Shown here: positions 11,922 through 21,909 of the stretch, in pieces
Layout: every line of letters begins with the position of its first letter
Position numbering within the stretch: position 1 is the first letter of the stretch
Assembly: GCA_902523675.1 (NCBI GenBank)
Contig: CABZAL010000006.1
Location: 5,323-69,322, forward strand
Length of the DNA stretch: 64,000 nt
DNA from: an uncultured Alphaproteobacteria bacterium
Lineage (GTDB): Bacteria; Pseudomonadota; Alphaproteobacteria; Methylaequorales; Methylaequoraceae
Reading direction: 5' to 3'
Translations under genes and position numbers: made by a program
Notes under the pieces: model-generated
Databases searched by the model: none
The model's input: only the letters and a program-made list of their open reading frames with translations
What the model was told of the DNA's origin: nothing

Positions 11922-12776
11922 GTGGTAATGTATCTGTTTATAGCTATATATTGTTTTATTCAGGGATTTACTGAGTTTTTGCCTATAAGTTCACAAGCAC
12001 ATTTAATAGTTTTTAATAATTTTTTCGAATTAGAAATAAATGAATTGTCCTTAAGAAGTATAAATATAATGGCTCATTTTGGATCATTGCTTGCTATTGT
12101 TGCTTATTATTTTAAAGATTGTCTAAAACTAGCTCTATCATTTAAAAATTTTTTTCAAAGCTACTTAGATCCCTACACAATTCTTCTCAACAATATTATT
12201 TACGCTAGTCTGCCAATTTTTTTTATTGGCTATTTTGTAGCTAATCAAATATCAACAAATTATTTAGAGTCTCTCACACTCATTGGGTGGGTTTCAATTA
12301 TATTTGGTGTTTTGCTCTATTATATTGATAAATACTGCCTACGGATTAAACATCTCGACAGAATAGGTTTAAAATCCTCATTAATAATTGGTTTCTTTCA
12401 ATCTTTAGCAATAATTCCAGGAATTAGCAGATCTGGAGCTGTGCTAACTATAATGAGATTTTTTGGATTTACTAGATCTGATTCTGTTAGATTTTCAAAT
12501 TTTTTAAGTATACCAGCAATTAGCGGCGCAACTATTTATCTTATTTTCAATTTAAAGTCTGAATATGATTATGTTGATTATTTTAGTTTTTATAATCTGT
12601 TAATTATTTTTTTAAGTTTTTTATTTTCAATATTTTTTATTCATTTCTTAGTTACGTGGGTACAAAAGTCTTCTTTAGCTTTGTTCATGTGGTATAGAAT
12701 TATATTTGGTACACTTATTATTTTTTATACAAGTATAGATTTAGGTGATGTAGGTTGGAACAATTACTTCCAATGA
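11922..12776 (+). CDS. uppP: Undecaprenyl-diphosphate phosphatase
   Basis: QGFTEFLPISSQAH, PGISRSG, hydrophobic segments. Confidence 0.95.
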   Translation: MVMYLFIAIYCFIQGFTEFLPISSQAHLIVFNNFFELEINELSLRSINIMAHFGSLLAIVAYYFKDCLKLALSFKNFFQSYLDPYTILLNNIIYASLPIFFIGYFVANQISTNYLESLTLIGWVSIIFGVLLYYIDKYCLRIKHLDRIGLKSSLIIGFFQSLAIIPGISRSGAVLTIMRFFGFTRSDSVRFSNFLSIPAISGATIYLIFNLKSEYDYVDYFSFYNLLIIFLSFLFSIFFIHFLVTWVQKSSLALFMWYRIIFGTLIIFYTSIDLGDVGWNNYFQ

Positions 12777-13700
12777 TTTTGGATTTCTAATATGCTTTGA
12801 CAAGTTTAAATAACCAGTTTTTGAAATATTATCTTTTTTAAGTAATTTGACTTGATCTTTAGTTAGTATTGGATGTTGGAACTTTTCCATTAAAGATGCT
12901 AAAAGATTAGCTACAAAAAATGGGACTGGTATACACAGCCTTCTAACTTTTTTATATTTTAATATTATCTTGATTATTTCTTTAAAATTCAAAATATTTG
13001 GACCAGCAAGATTATATATTCTAGATTTATGATTTATTGTTTTTATAATAAATTCTGCTAAATCTCCAACATATATAGGTTGGAATAAGGTGCCCTCAGA
13101 AAAATTTAATATTGGTAAAAACTTTTTTTTAAAGATAATTTTTGGATCACCAATAATTGGAAGGAATGGTGAAAGATTGGATATTTTTGCAAACAAATTA
13201 ATAAAATTGTCTTCTTTTCCAAAAACGACGCTTGGTCTAATAATATTAGCATCAGGAAATTCAGATTTTAAATTTTTCTCTCCTAAAAATTTTGATTTTG
13301 CATAATGTGATTGTGTATTTTTTTCAACACCTAGTGCCGAAATATGTATTACATTGCTAACACCTTTTTGTTTTGATGCCCTTCCAATAATACCAGGCAA
13401 TTCGCCATGAATATTGTCAAATCTTTGAAATTTATTTTCATACAATATTCCAATTAAATTTATCACAATGTCTGAACCACTGATCTTTTCAGAAATGCTT
13501 TTTTCTGAAAAATTATTAAGTTTGATGATTTCTATTTGACCCAAATTACCCAGAAATTTTAAATTTTTAACTTTTTTAAAATTTCTAGAAACTACTTTTA
13601 TAGTACATGAAAATTTTGATAACCTAGAAATCAAATATTTACCAATAAAACCTGAACCTCCAAAGATCACAATTTTTTTTCCGTTAAGACTAATACTCAT
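12741..13700 (-). CDS. Complex I NDUFA9-family NAD(P)-binding protein
   Basis: IFGGSGFIG, GNLGQI, INLIGILYE, RPSVVFGKED, FQPIYVGD. Confidence 0.9.
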   Translation of the reverse strand: MSISLNGKKIVIFGGSGFIGKYLISRLSKFSCTIKVVSRNFKKVKNLKFLGNLGQIEIIKLNNFSEKSISEKISGSDIVINLIGILYENKFQRFDNIHGELPGIIGRASKQKGVSNVIHISALGVEKNTQSHYAKSKFLGEKNLKSEFPDANIIRPSVVFGKEDNFINLFAKISNLSPFLPIIGDPKIIFKKKFLPILNFSEGTLFQPIYVGDLAEFIIKTINHKSRIYNLAGPNILNFKEIIKIILKYKKVRRLCIPVPFFVANLLASLMEKFQHPILTKDQVKLLKKDNISKTGYLNLSKHIRNPKSLEVIVPTYIT

Positions 13701-13768
13701 AAAAATATCTGGTTAATTGGATAATAAAGTTGTATTTTGCTTATTAAATATAAACTTTTTAATAAAAA

Positions 13769-14419
13769 ATGAAATCATTAAAATTAAACCATAAAGATTT
13801 TTATATCTATGATAACGATTTGCCACAAGATTTTAGACCTGGTACTTCTATAGCTATTGATTCTGAAACCACTGGTCTTTCGTTAGTAAGAGACAGACTT
13901 TGCTTGTTACAACTTTCTTACGAAAAAAATAGTTGTCACATAGTCAAATTTGATTCTGGTTTTTTCAATAAAGATACTTCTCCTAAAAATTTAATTAAAT
14001 TATTGAAAAACGATAAAGTAGAAAAAATTTTTCATTATGCTAGATTCGACTTAGCAATGATAAAGAAATTCTTAAAAATCGAATGCAAAAATATTTTCTG
14101 TACAAAAGTAGCCTCAAAACTTGTAAGAACATATACAGATAAACATGGTTTAAAAGAACTCTGTAAGGAGCTGTTAGAAGTTGAATTAAGTAAAACACAA
14201 CAATCCTCTGATTGGTCTCAAAGTACTCTTTCAAATAACCAAATTAAATATGCTGGTTCCGATGTATTTTATCTTATTGATATAAAAAAAAAATTAATTG
14301 AAATGTTACAGAGAGAAAATAGATTGGATCTAGCATATAGAATATTTGATTTTATAAGTACTAGAGTAGACCTAGATTTACTTGGATGGGATCAAAACGA
14401 TATATTTTCACATTCTTAA
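13769..14419 (+). CDS. rnd: Ribonuclease D (short alphaproteobacterial 3'-5' exonuclease)
   Basis: AIDSETTGL..RDRLCLLQ, FHYARFD, QQSSDW, DIFSHS. Confidence 0.92.
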   Translation: MKSLKLNHKDFYIYDNDLPQDFRPGTSIAIDSETTGLSLVRDRLCLLQLSYEKNSCHIVKFDSGFFNKDTSPKNLIKLLKNDKVEKIFHYARFDLAMIKKFLKIECKNIFCTKVASKLVRTYTDKHGLKELCKELLEVELSKTQQSSDWSQSTLSNNQIKYAGSDVFYLIDIKKKLIEMLQRENRLDLAYRIFDFISTRVDLDLLGWDQNDIFSHS

Positions 14420-14420
14420 A

Positions 14421-15365
14421 ATGATAGAAATTCAAACTGGAAAAATTGTGATTGATACTGAGATTAAAGCTCTAGTTAAATTGAGAGATGCACTGTCTAA
14501 CGAATTTAAAGAAGCAATAAATATTTTAAAAAATACTAGAGGAAAAATAGTAGTTTCTGGAATTGGAAAAAGTGGTCATATTGCAAAAAAAATTTCTTCA
14601 ACACTTTCTTCAATTGGGTCCTCCTCCTTTTTTATTCATCCTGCTGAAGCTAATCACGGGGACTTAGGCATGATAACTAAAGATGAATGTTTAATCTTAA
14701 TTTCAAATTCTGGTGAGACTGTGGAATTGTCTAATCTAATCGTACATAGCCAAAAACTAAAGGTTCCAATTATCTCAATTACGAGTGAAAGAAAAAGCAC
14801 GTTGGCAAAGAAAAGTGATGTGTGTTTAGAAATTCCAAAAAATATTGAAGCATGTCCACTAGAATTAGCTCCAACTAGTTCGACTACTTCTTCACTAGTC
14901 TTAGGGGACGCATTAGCAATAACGCTTTTAGAAAAAAATGATTTTACTAAAAAAAAATTTTCTGCTTTGCACCCAGGGGGCAAACTAGGCAGATTGCTTT
15001 TAAGAGTTAAAGATATCATGAAAGTTGGGGATGAGATACCCATTGTAAAGAAGAGTCAAGAAATGGGAGAAGCCTTGATTGAAATTACCTCTAAAGGTCT
15101 TGGTTGTGTAGGAATAATATCAGATAAATCTGGAGATTTAGTTGGTATAATCACCGATGGTGACTTAAGGAGACATATGGACAAGAAATTCTTAGAAAAA
15201 AAAATTGAAAATGTAATGACCAAAAACCCAAAAACCTTGAGCGGAAATGAATTAATTGCTGATGCTTTAAGTTTAATGAACAAAAAGTCAATAACTAACT
15301 TTTTTATTACTGAAAAAATGAAGCCAGTTGGTGTTTTACATGTTCACAATATTTTAAAATTTTAA
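14421..15365 (+). CDS. kdsD: Arabinose-5-phosphate isomerase (KpsF/GutQ, SIS+CBS)
   Basis: GIGKSGHI, HGDLG, APTSST, HPGGKLG; ATG at 14421 preferred over the track start. Confidence 0.95.
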   Translation: MIEIQTGKIVIDTEIKALVKLRDALSNEFKEAINILKNTRGKIVVSGIGKSGHIAKKISSTLSSIGSSSFFIHPAEANHGDLGMITKDECLILISNSGETVELSNLIVHSQKLKVPIISITSERKSTLAKKSDVCLEIPKNIEACPLELAPTSSTTSSLVLGDALAITLLEKNDFTKKKFSALHPGGKLGRLLLRVKDIMKVGDEIPIVKKSQEMGEALIEITSKGLGCVGIISDKSGDLVGIITDGDLRRHMDKKFLEKKIENVMTKNPKTLSGNELIADALSLMNKKSITNFFITEKMKPVGVLHVHNILKF

Positions 15366-15371
15366 TATTAT

Positions 15372-15941
15372 ATGAGCTTAGATTATAGTTTTTACATTAA
15401 TTCTCTTAAAAAAATACTTTTCTTTGTTTCATTTATTCTTTTGATATCAATATTCTTAAACAAAGCTGTACAAAAATTTAATCACAAAGAATTAAATTTT
15501 GATGTAGTGACAACAAATGAAGAGCAAGTAGTAATTAGTCCTAAATTCATAGGCTTAGATAAAAATAAGAAACCATTTATAATCAGAGCAGAGACGGCAA
15601 AAAAAGATTTAAATAATGAAAATCTTTACAAATTAGAAATGCCTTCAGGAGAAATAATTAATAATGATGGTGAAAAAATTTTTTTAAAAAGTGAGTTGGG
15701 TAATTTTGATCAGAAAAATCAACAAATTTTTTTATATGAAAATGTTCTGCTAAATAATTTAGATGGGTTATCTTTTAAGACGCAAGCTGCAAATATAGAT
15801 CTTAATACAAATAATATATATGGTGATAAGGAAATTATTGGCAAAAATAATAAGGGAAATATTAAGTCTAAGGGCTTTTCAATTACTGAAGAAGGAAATA
15901 AGATAATTTTTACTGGTATTACAAAACTTATGATTAAATAG
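15372..15941 (+). CDS. lptC: LPS export protein LptC
   Basis: N-terminal TM plus beta-rich domain; position between kdsD and lptA. Confidence 0.85.
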   Translation: MSLDYSFYINSLKKILFFVSFILLISIFLNKAVQKFNHKELNFDVVTTNEEQVVISPKFIGLDKNKKPFIIRAETAKKDLNNENLYKLEMPSGEIINNDGEKIFLKSELGNFDQKNQQIFLYENVLLNNLDGLSFKTQAANIDLNTNNIYGDKEIIGKNNKGNIKSKGFSITEEGNKIIFTGITKLMIK

Positions 15942-15944
15942 ATT

Positions 15945-16766
15945 ATGAAAATAACATTACTAAATATCTTTATTTTTATTTATGTAATTAGTTTTTTTGA
16001 GAAACCGTTACTTTCAAAAAATAAAAATAATATTGATAAAACTCCAATTGAAATTTACGCTGAAGGAGGAATTGAATGGAATAAAAATAAAAAAGTTTAT
16101 ATTGCAAAAAAAAATGCAGAAGCAACGAAAGGAAAGTTAAAAGTTAAAGCAGACTTGCTTGAAGCTTATTATGATGAAAGTTCTGATAAGAATAGCGACA
16201 TAAAAACTTTAAATGCGCTTGGCAATGTTCTTATTAATGATAATGAAACAATTATTAAAGGAGGTAAAAAAGCATCCTATAATATAAGAAAAGATCACTT
16301 TATTGTGTTTGGGAAAAAAATAAGCTTGGTTTCTCAGAACGATAGTGTTTCATCAAATCGTAAACTAGAATTCTGGAAAAGTAAAAATATTGCAATTGCA
16401 ACTGGAGAAGCAGAGGCAATTAGAGATTCAAAGTATGTGATCAATGCTGACAAACTTGTGACACATCTCAAAACGCTTAAGGATGGAAATTATGAAATAA
16501 AAAAGATAATAGCTTACAATAAAGTTATAATTAAAACCAATAATGAGATAGCATATAGTGACAAGGCATTATATAATAAAGATTCTGAGATTTGTAAATT
16601 ATTTGGTAACGTTAAACTTAAAAAAGGAGAAAGTTTTCTTACAGGTGAGTATGCTGAAATGAACTTAATAAACGGAATAAGTAAACTTTTACCTTATCCT
16701 GGTAACAAAATAAGAGAACAAGAAAATAGAGTTAAAGCACTTATAAATACAGATGGAAATGAATGA
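15945..16766 (+). CDS. lptA: LptA/OstA-family LPS transport protein (two OstA-like repeats)
   Basis: Signal peptide, PIEIYA, ADxL repeats; synteny with lptC and lptB. Confidence 0.82.
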   Translation: MKITLLNIFIFIYVISFFEKPLLSKNKNNIDKTPIEIYAEGGIEWNKNKKVYIAKKNAEATKGKLKVKADLLEAYYDESSDKNSDIKTLNALGNVLINDNETIIKGGKKASYNIRKDHFIVFGKKISLVSQNDSVSSNRKLEFWKSKNIAIATGEAEAIRDSKYVINADKLVTHLKTLKDGNYEIKKIIAYNKVIIKTNNEIAYSDKALYNKDSEICKLFGNVKLKKGESFLTGEYAEMNLINGISKLLPYPGNKIREQENRVKALINTDGNE

Positions 16767-17511
16767 TATTCAGAAACCTTTCTTAGCTATATCAAATCAA
16801 GGGTTAAAAGCTAACAACATTTCAAAATATTTCGAAAAAAAACGTGTTTTGAATAATATATCTCTCGATCTTAAAAAAGGTGAATCTGTAGCAATTCTTG
16901 GTCCAAATGGAGCTGGAAAAACAACCTTGTTTTATATATTGATGGGCTTAATAAAACCTGATTTTGGTGAGATATTCTTGCATGATAAAAAAATAACTAA
17001 ACTTCCAATGTACAGAAGAGCCAGACTTGGCCTTGGTTACTTACCTCAAGAATCATCTGTTTTCAGAGGACTTAATGTTGAGGAAAACATTATGTCTATT
17101 CTTCAAATTTCAAACTATAATGAGATTGAACAAAATAAAAATCTAGAAAAATTATTAAGTGAATTTGGTATAGAACATCTACGGTTTGCTTCATCGTTGT
17201 CTCTCTCAGGTGGTGAGAGAAGAAGGCTCGAAATTGCAAGATGTTTAGCCTCTAACCCTAATTTTATTTTACTTGACGAACCACTAGCCGGGATTGATCC
17301 TATAGCTGTAAACGAAATAAAAGAGCTCATTTCAAACTTAAAAGAAAGAAATATTGGTCTGCTAATAACTGACCATAATGTTAGGAGTACTTTGGAAATG
17401 GTGGATAGAGCATATATCATTTATGACGGAAAAGTTATTTCAGAAGGAACACCTAATAGTATAATTAACAATAATGAAGTTCGAAGAGTTTATCTTGGAG
17501 ATTCATTTTAA
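16753..17511 (+). CDS. lptB: LPS export ABC transporter ATPase
   Basis: GPNGAGKTT, YLPQESSVFR, LSGGERRR, ITDHNVR, VYLG. Confidence 0.97.
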   Translation: MEMNDIQKPFLAISNQGLKANNISKYFEKKRVLNNISLDLKKGESVAILGPNGAGKTTLFYILMGLIKPDFGEIFLHDKKITKLPMYRRARLGLGYLPQESSVFRGLNVEENIMSILQISNYNEIEQNKNLEKLLSEFGIEHLRFASSLSLSGGERRRLEIARCLASNPNFILLDEPLAGIDPIAVNEIKELISNLKERNIGLLITDHNVRSTLEMVDRAYIIYDGKVISEGTPNSIINNNEVRRVYLGDSF

Positions 17512-17515
17512 TTTT

Positions 17516-18091
17516 ATGAATAATATTTTAATTTCAGGAAAACAAACAAAACTAGGCAAAGCACTTACCCAGTATGTTTCTGAAAATCTTCACTCCTCAC
17601 TTTCAAAATATTTTAAATCATATGTATCAGCAAATGTACTTTTTTCTAAAAGTAACAACAATTTTAATTGTGAAGTAAATATTCACGTTGAAAAAACAAC
17701 ATATGTTCAAAGCCATGGGAATAGTAATGATGCTTATGGATCATTTAACATTGCTAACGAAAAAATTAAAAAAAGAATTAGAAGATATCATAAAAAATTA
17801 AATGATCATAGAATTCGTTCTAAGAAATCTCTTAAAAATAACGCATATCAATATATTATTAAGAACCCAGAAAGTGCAAAAAGTATAGAAGACATCGATA
17901 ATCCATTAATCATAGCAGAGACGGAATTCTTGATAAAAACCCTATCAGTCAGTGAAGCTTTGATGTTGATGGAATTAAACGATCAAAATCTTATTTTTTT
18001 TAGAAACCAAAAAAATAAAAGATTAAATGTTCTTTACAAAAGAAAAGATGGTAACATTGGCTGGATTGATTCAAAATCTATAAGAAATTAA
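17516..18091 (+). CDS. hpf: Ribosome hibernation factor (long HPF/RaiA)
   Basis: ISGKQ..G.AL, KKRIRRYHKKL, C-terminal LSVSEA..NVLYKRKDGNIGWID; ATG at 17516. Confidence 0.93.
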   Translation: MNNILISGKQTKLGKALTQYVSENLHSSLSKYFKSYVSANVLFSKSNNNFNCEVNIHVEKTTYVQSHGNSNDAYGSFNIANEKIKKRIRRYHKKLNDHRIRSKKSLKNNAYQYIIKNPESAKSIEDIDNPLIIAETEFLIKTLSVSEALMLMELNDQNLIFFRNQKNKRLNVLYKRKDGNIGWIDSKSIRN

Positions 18092-18092
18092 A

Positions 18093-18551
18093 ATGAAAAT
18101 ATCAGATATAATTCCTTTAAAAAATATTTTCCTAGACATTAATGCTTCGAGTAAAAAAGCATTGTTTAAATTGATATCAAAAAAAATATCAATAAGATTT
18201 AAAATTGATCAAAATGAAATCTTAGATAATTTAAATCAAAGAGAAAAATTGGGCTCGACAGGGATAGGAAATGGTATTGCAATACCTCATAGCAAAATAA
18301 AAGGTATTAAAAAATTATTCTCTCTTTTTTTAAGATCAAAAAGTCTTGTTGATTTTTCAGCAAGTGATTCAAAAGGGGTTGATATTATTTTTGTTATCAT
18401 AGCTCCAGAAACCGCAACAACCGAACATTTACTTGCTTTATCAGAAATATCAAAGTTTCTCAAAATTCAAGGTGTGATTGAAAAATTAAGAAAACTAAAA
18501 ACAAATAAAGAGATTCACCAACTCCTTATTCAAGTCAATGGAGACTTATAG
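18093..18551 (+). CDS. ptsN: PTS EIIA-Ntr
   Basis: REKLGSTGIGNGIAIPH. Confidence 0.95.
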   Translation: MKISDIIPLKNIFLDINASSKKALFKLISKKISIRFKIDQNEILDNLNQREKLGSTGIGNGIAIPHSKIKGIKKLFSLFLRSKSLVDFSASDSKGVDIIFVIIAPETATTEHLLALSEISKFLKIQGVIEKLRKLKTNKEIHQLLIQVNGDL

Positions 18552-18762
18552 GTTCTAATCCGGATTGTAAAATAGCAGCTAAAGCTGTATCTTTTGTCTC
18601 AAATGCAGCCAACAAAGTTCCATCAGCACCATAAACAGAAAATATATCGGTCTTATAACTATCTTCTGAATGAAGTTCTTTTTTAATAAACGCAAAACCA
18701 TTGTGGCCATATTCAAAAAAATTCTTTTCAAAGTTTTTATTTTTTTTTTCTAAATCATTCAT
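18535..18762 (-). CDS. DUF1150 family protein
   Basis: VYGADGTLLA...EPISLH C-terminus; typical partner downstream of hsp20 in alphaproteobacteria. Confidence 0.8.
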   Translation of the reverse strand: MNDLEKKNKNFEKNFFEYGHNGFAFIKKELHSEDSYKTDIFSVYGADGTLLAAFETKDTALAAILQSGLEPISLH

Positions 18763-19228
18763 CGTATTTTTTCTTCTTTAGGTTGAGGTTTATAAGATTT
18801 TTATCTTTTTTTCTGGAAGAATCAGAAATTTCAATTTTTTTTGATTCTTCCTGAGGTACAGGTTGAGTAAGATCAATAAAAAGCAAACCATTTTCCATTG
18901 ATGCACCTTCAACTTTAATTCCATCAGCCAGAATGAAATTCCTTTGGAATTGCCTAGTTGCTATGCCTCTATGAATAAATATTCTATCATTATTGGGTTC
19001 AGACCTACTTCCGTGTATTAAAAGCTGATTTCCTTCTAAACTAATTTCAAGATCTTTTTTTGTAAATCCAGCAACTGCTATTGATATCCTTAATATTTGT
19101 GCAGAAATCTGTTCTATGTTATAGGGGGGATAAGAGTCTGATGATAGTTTACTAATCCTATCAACAGTTCTTTCAAACTCATCAAAGCCAAGTAAAAAAG
19201 GGCTATTAAAAAGTGATAATCTTGTCAA
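18755..19228 (-). CDS. ibpA: Small heat-shock protein Hsp20 (IbpA class), TTG start
   Basis: YPPYNIE, AVAGF, HRGIATRQFQR.F.LADG, NGLL. Confidence 0.95.
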   Translation of the reverse strand: MTRLSLFNSPFLLGFDEFERTVDRISKLSSDSYPPYNIEQISAQILRISIAVAGFTKKDLEISLEGNQLLIHGSRSEPNNDRIFIHRGIATRQFQRNFILADGIKVEGASMENGLLFIDLTQPVPQEESKKIEISDSSRKKDKNLINLNLKKKKYDE

Positions 19229-19260
19229 TTCATCCTCAATCAGTTCAAGAGCGATATGTT
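19226..19260 (-). promoter_or_regulatory. ROSE-type RNA thermometer 3' hairpin in the hsp20 5'UTR
   Basis: mRNA reads AUC-G-CUC...GAG-GAU: the UCGCU motif pairs with the SD (GAGGA) with a bulged G, just upstream of the UUG start. Confidence 0.72.
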
Positions 19261-19328
19261 AAGACCTATAAAAAGCATCTATTATTAAAATATAATTTCT
19301 GCATAAAATTTCAACCAAAAAAAAAAAT

Positions 19329-19404
19329 TGGTGGAGCTGGTCGGGATTGAACCGACTACCTTCTGAATGCCATCCAGACGCTCTCCCAAATGAGCTACAG
19401 CCCC
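19329..19404 (-). tRNA. tRNA-Ala(GGC)
   Basis: GGGGCTGTAGCTCA...TCTGG-ATGGCAT-TCAGA...GGTTCAATCCC..AGCTCCACCA; G3:U70; 76 nt with encoded CCA. Confidence 0.97.
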
Positions 19405-19508
19405 CAACTGACTAAAAACAAAAATAGCTCTTGTTGAAACTTAATAAACTATCTTTTCAATTTATTTAATGCTCGAAAACAAACTAAATAAAAGAAATGC
19501 AAAATTTA

Positions 19509-19838
19509 TTAATTTTCCTCTCTATCTTTTTCAATATCAATAATGTTTTCAACATTTTCATCGTCCTCATCAATTACTTCCTCAGAAACAACTGATTCTT
19601 CGTCAACTTCAATACCTTCTATATCAAGATCATTGTTTTCAACTACATTATTAGCATTTTCATTTTGTTGTTCTTTTATTACTTTTGGTGGTCTCCCTCT
19701 TTTTGATATGTTGGTAAGCATATTCACATCTGATCCACAGCTTGGACACACAAGCGGCATTTTGTTGAAATCAAAAAAAAGTGTTTCACAACTTATGCAC
19801 TTTCTTTTTGTACCCTTATTAATATTATTTAAATTCAA
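19509..19838 (-). CDS. TIGR02300/FYDLN-acid family protein
   Basis: GTKRKCISC..FFDFN..CPSCG plus acidic tail; usual neighbour of aroA and tRNA-Ala. Confidence 0.88.
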   Translation of the reverse strand: MNLNNINKGTKRKCISCETLFFDFNKMPLVCPSCGSDVNMLTNISKRGRPPKVIKEQQNENANNVVENNDLDIEGIEVDEESVVSEEVIDEDDENVENIIDIEKDREEN

Positions 19839-19890
19839 ATTATCCCCTTAGTCTATTTACATTATTTTTAATTGTTCTATTTTAATTTAT

Positions 19891-21216
19891 ATGAGAAAAA
19901 TTAATACTCTTAAATCTTACAAAAGTAAATCCCTCATTGGAATTATTAATATACCTGGAGATAAATCTATATCACAAAGAGCTGTTATTTTTGCCTCACT
20001 ATGTTTTGGGTTAACAAAAATTTTTGGGTTACTTAAATCAAAAGATGTCTTGAGTACAGTCAATGCTCTAAAAAATTTAGGTGTAAAAGTTAAATTTAAC
20101 TCTGATATATGTGAAATTTCAGGAACTGGTGGAACTTTTAAAAAACCAAAAAAACCTTTAGATCTTGGTAACTCAGGGACTGGGGTTAGACTATTAATTG
20201 GTATGTTATCATCGAAAAATATTGAAACAACTTTTGAAGGCGACAAATCTTTATCAAAGAGACCAATGTTAAGAGTTATTAAACCCCTCGAAAAGTTTGG
20301 TGCTAAATTCAAAAGTAATAAAGGAAGACTTCCAATAAAAATACTTAAGTCAGATTATTTAAGTCCGTGCACAGTATACGAAAAAATTGGTTCTGCCCAA
20401 GTAAAATCTGCATTAATTTTATCAGCGTTGAATTTAAATGGAACTACAATAATTAATGAAGTAGTACCCTCAAGAGATCATACCGAAAATCTTCTTAAAT
20501 ATTTAGGTGCTGATATTAAAATAAAAAAGAAGAAGTTAGAAAAAAAAATTATTGTTAATGGTCCGCAAACTTTAAGTAGAAAAAAAATTAAAATTTGTGG
20601 GGATTTTAGCTCGGCATCCTTTCTTATAGTTGCCGCAATGATTTGTAAAAGTAGTAAAATAGTTTTAAAAAGCGTTGGGATAAACTATTTTAGAATAGGT
20701 TTATTAGAAGTTCTTAAAAAAATGAATGGTAAATTTAAAATACTAAAAAAATGGACTGAAAATGGCGAGCAAGTAGCTGATCTTGAAATTAAATCATCAA
20801 GTTTAAAAGGGATAAAAGTTTCAGGAGATATTTCTACAAGGCTTATAGACGAATACCCTATTTTATTTGTTGCGGCTTCATTTGCTAAAGGTACAACTGA
20901 ATTTATAAATTTGAAAGAATTAAGATATAAGGAAAGTGATCGACTTTCTGCGATGTCTGAAGCGTTGGAAAAATCTGGAGTTAAATTGAAGCAAGAAAAG
21001 GATTATATAAAGATTTTTGGTTCAAAAAAACAGAATGGGGGTGTGAAAATTAAAACATATAATGATCATAGAGTGGCAATGTCTATGCTAGTTTTTGGAC
21101 TTGCATCAGATGAACCAATTAAAGTTGATGACATTAGTATGATTAAAACATCATTTCCTAATTTTGCAGAACTATTAAAAAAAATTGGGGCAAAAATTAA
21201 GTATGTTCAAAAATAA
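19891..21216 (+). CDS. aroA: EPSP synthase
   Basis: PGDKSISQR, GNSGTG, SAQVKSA, KESDRL, DHRVAMS. Confidence 0.97.
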   Translation: MRKINTLKSYKSKSLIGIINIPGDKSISQRAVIFASLCFGLTKIFGLLKSKDVLSTVNALKNLGVKVKFNSDICEISGTGGTFKKPKKPLDLGNSGTGVRLLIGMLSSKNIETTFEGDKSLSKRPMLRVIKPLEKFGAKFKSNKGRLPIKILKSDYLSPCTVYEKIGSAQVKSALILSALNLNGTTIINEVVPSRDHTENLLKYLGADIKIKKKKLEKKIIVNGPQTLSRKKIKICGDFSSASFLIVAAMICKSSKIVLKSVGINYFRIGLLEVLKKMNGKFKILKKWTENGEQVADLEIKSSSLKGIKVSGDISTRLIDEYPILFVAASFAKGTTEFINLKELRYKESDRLSAMSEALEKSGVKLKQEKDYIKIFGSKKQNGGVKIKTYNDHRVAMSMLVFGLASDEPIKVDDISMIKTSFPNFAELLKKIGAKIKYVQK

Positions 21217-21871
21217 AAAACCTGTAGTTGCAATTGATGGGACTTCGAGTTCTGGGAAAGGAACTTTGGCAAAAAGTATTGCTGTTGCAACAAACTTCGA
21301 TCATTTGGATACAGGTTCTTTGTACAGGTATTTAGCTCATCTAAGTGTTGTAAAAAAACAGAATATAGAAGAAATTATTTCTAAAAATCCAAAAATAAAT
21401 TTATTAGACTTGTGCAAATTAGACCTTAGAAAAGAATCAATTAGCAAGGAATCTTCAATTATTGCCCAAAAAAAGATTGTAAGAAATTTTTTAATTAAAT
21501 TTCAACGAGAGTTCGCTAATAATCCTCCCAAAGGATTTGGATCAGTAATTGATGGCAGAGATATATCAAGTAAAATAATACCTTGTGCAGAAATCAAATT
21601 TTTCGTTGATGCTAACATACAAACAAGAACTAATAGAAGAATAAATGAGATTAAAAAAAATAAAACATCTAAACCTGTATTCCAGGAAATTTATACCCAG
21701 CTATTGGAAAGAGATAAAAGAGATAAAGAAAGAATAGAATCTCCACTAGTAATAACTCAAGATTCTATTTATATCGATACTTCTGACTTGAAACCAGATG
21801 CTGTTCTAGAAATTGCACTTTCTAAATTTCAAAGTATTTTTCCAAATATGCCAATTAAACATTGCACTTAA
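21203..21871 (+). CDS. cmk: Cytidylate kinase
   Basis: AIDGTSSSGKGT, LDTGSLYR, DGRDI, RDKRD; ATG at 21203. Confidence 0.95.
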   Translation: MFKNKKPVVAIDGTSSSGKGTLAKSIAVATNFDHLDTGSLYRYLAHLSVVKKQNIEEIISKNPKINLLDLCKLDLRKESISKESSIIAQKKIVRNFLIKFQREFANNPPKGFGSVIDGRDISSKIIPCAEIKFFVDANIQTRTNRRINEIKKNKTSKPVFQEIYTQLLERDKRDKERIESPLVITQDSIYIDTSDLKPDAVLEIALSKFQSIFPNMPIKHCT

Positions 21872-21909
21872 TAAGAAAATTTTGTAATTGTATGTTTGAG
21901 ATTTAAAAT

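Noticed and set aside
19285-19316. RpoH promoter for hsp20
   Set aside because: TTGAAA and TATATT hexamers are present but spacing and -10 match are too weak to call in AT-rich DNA
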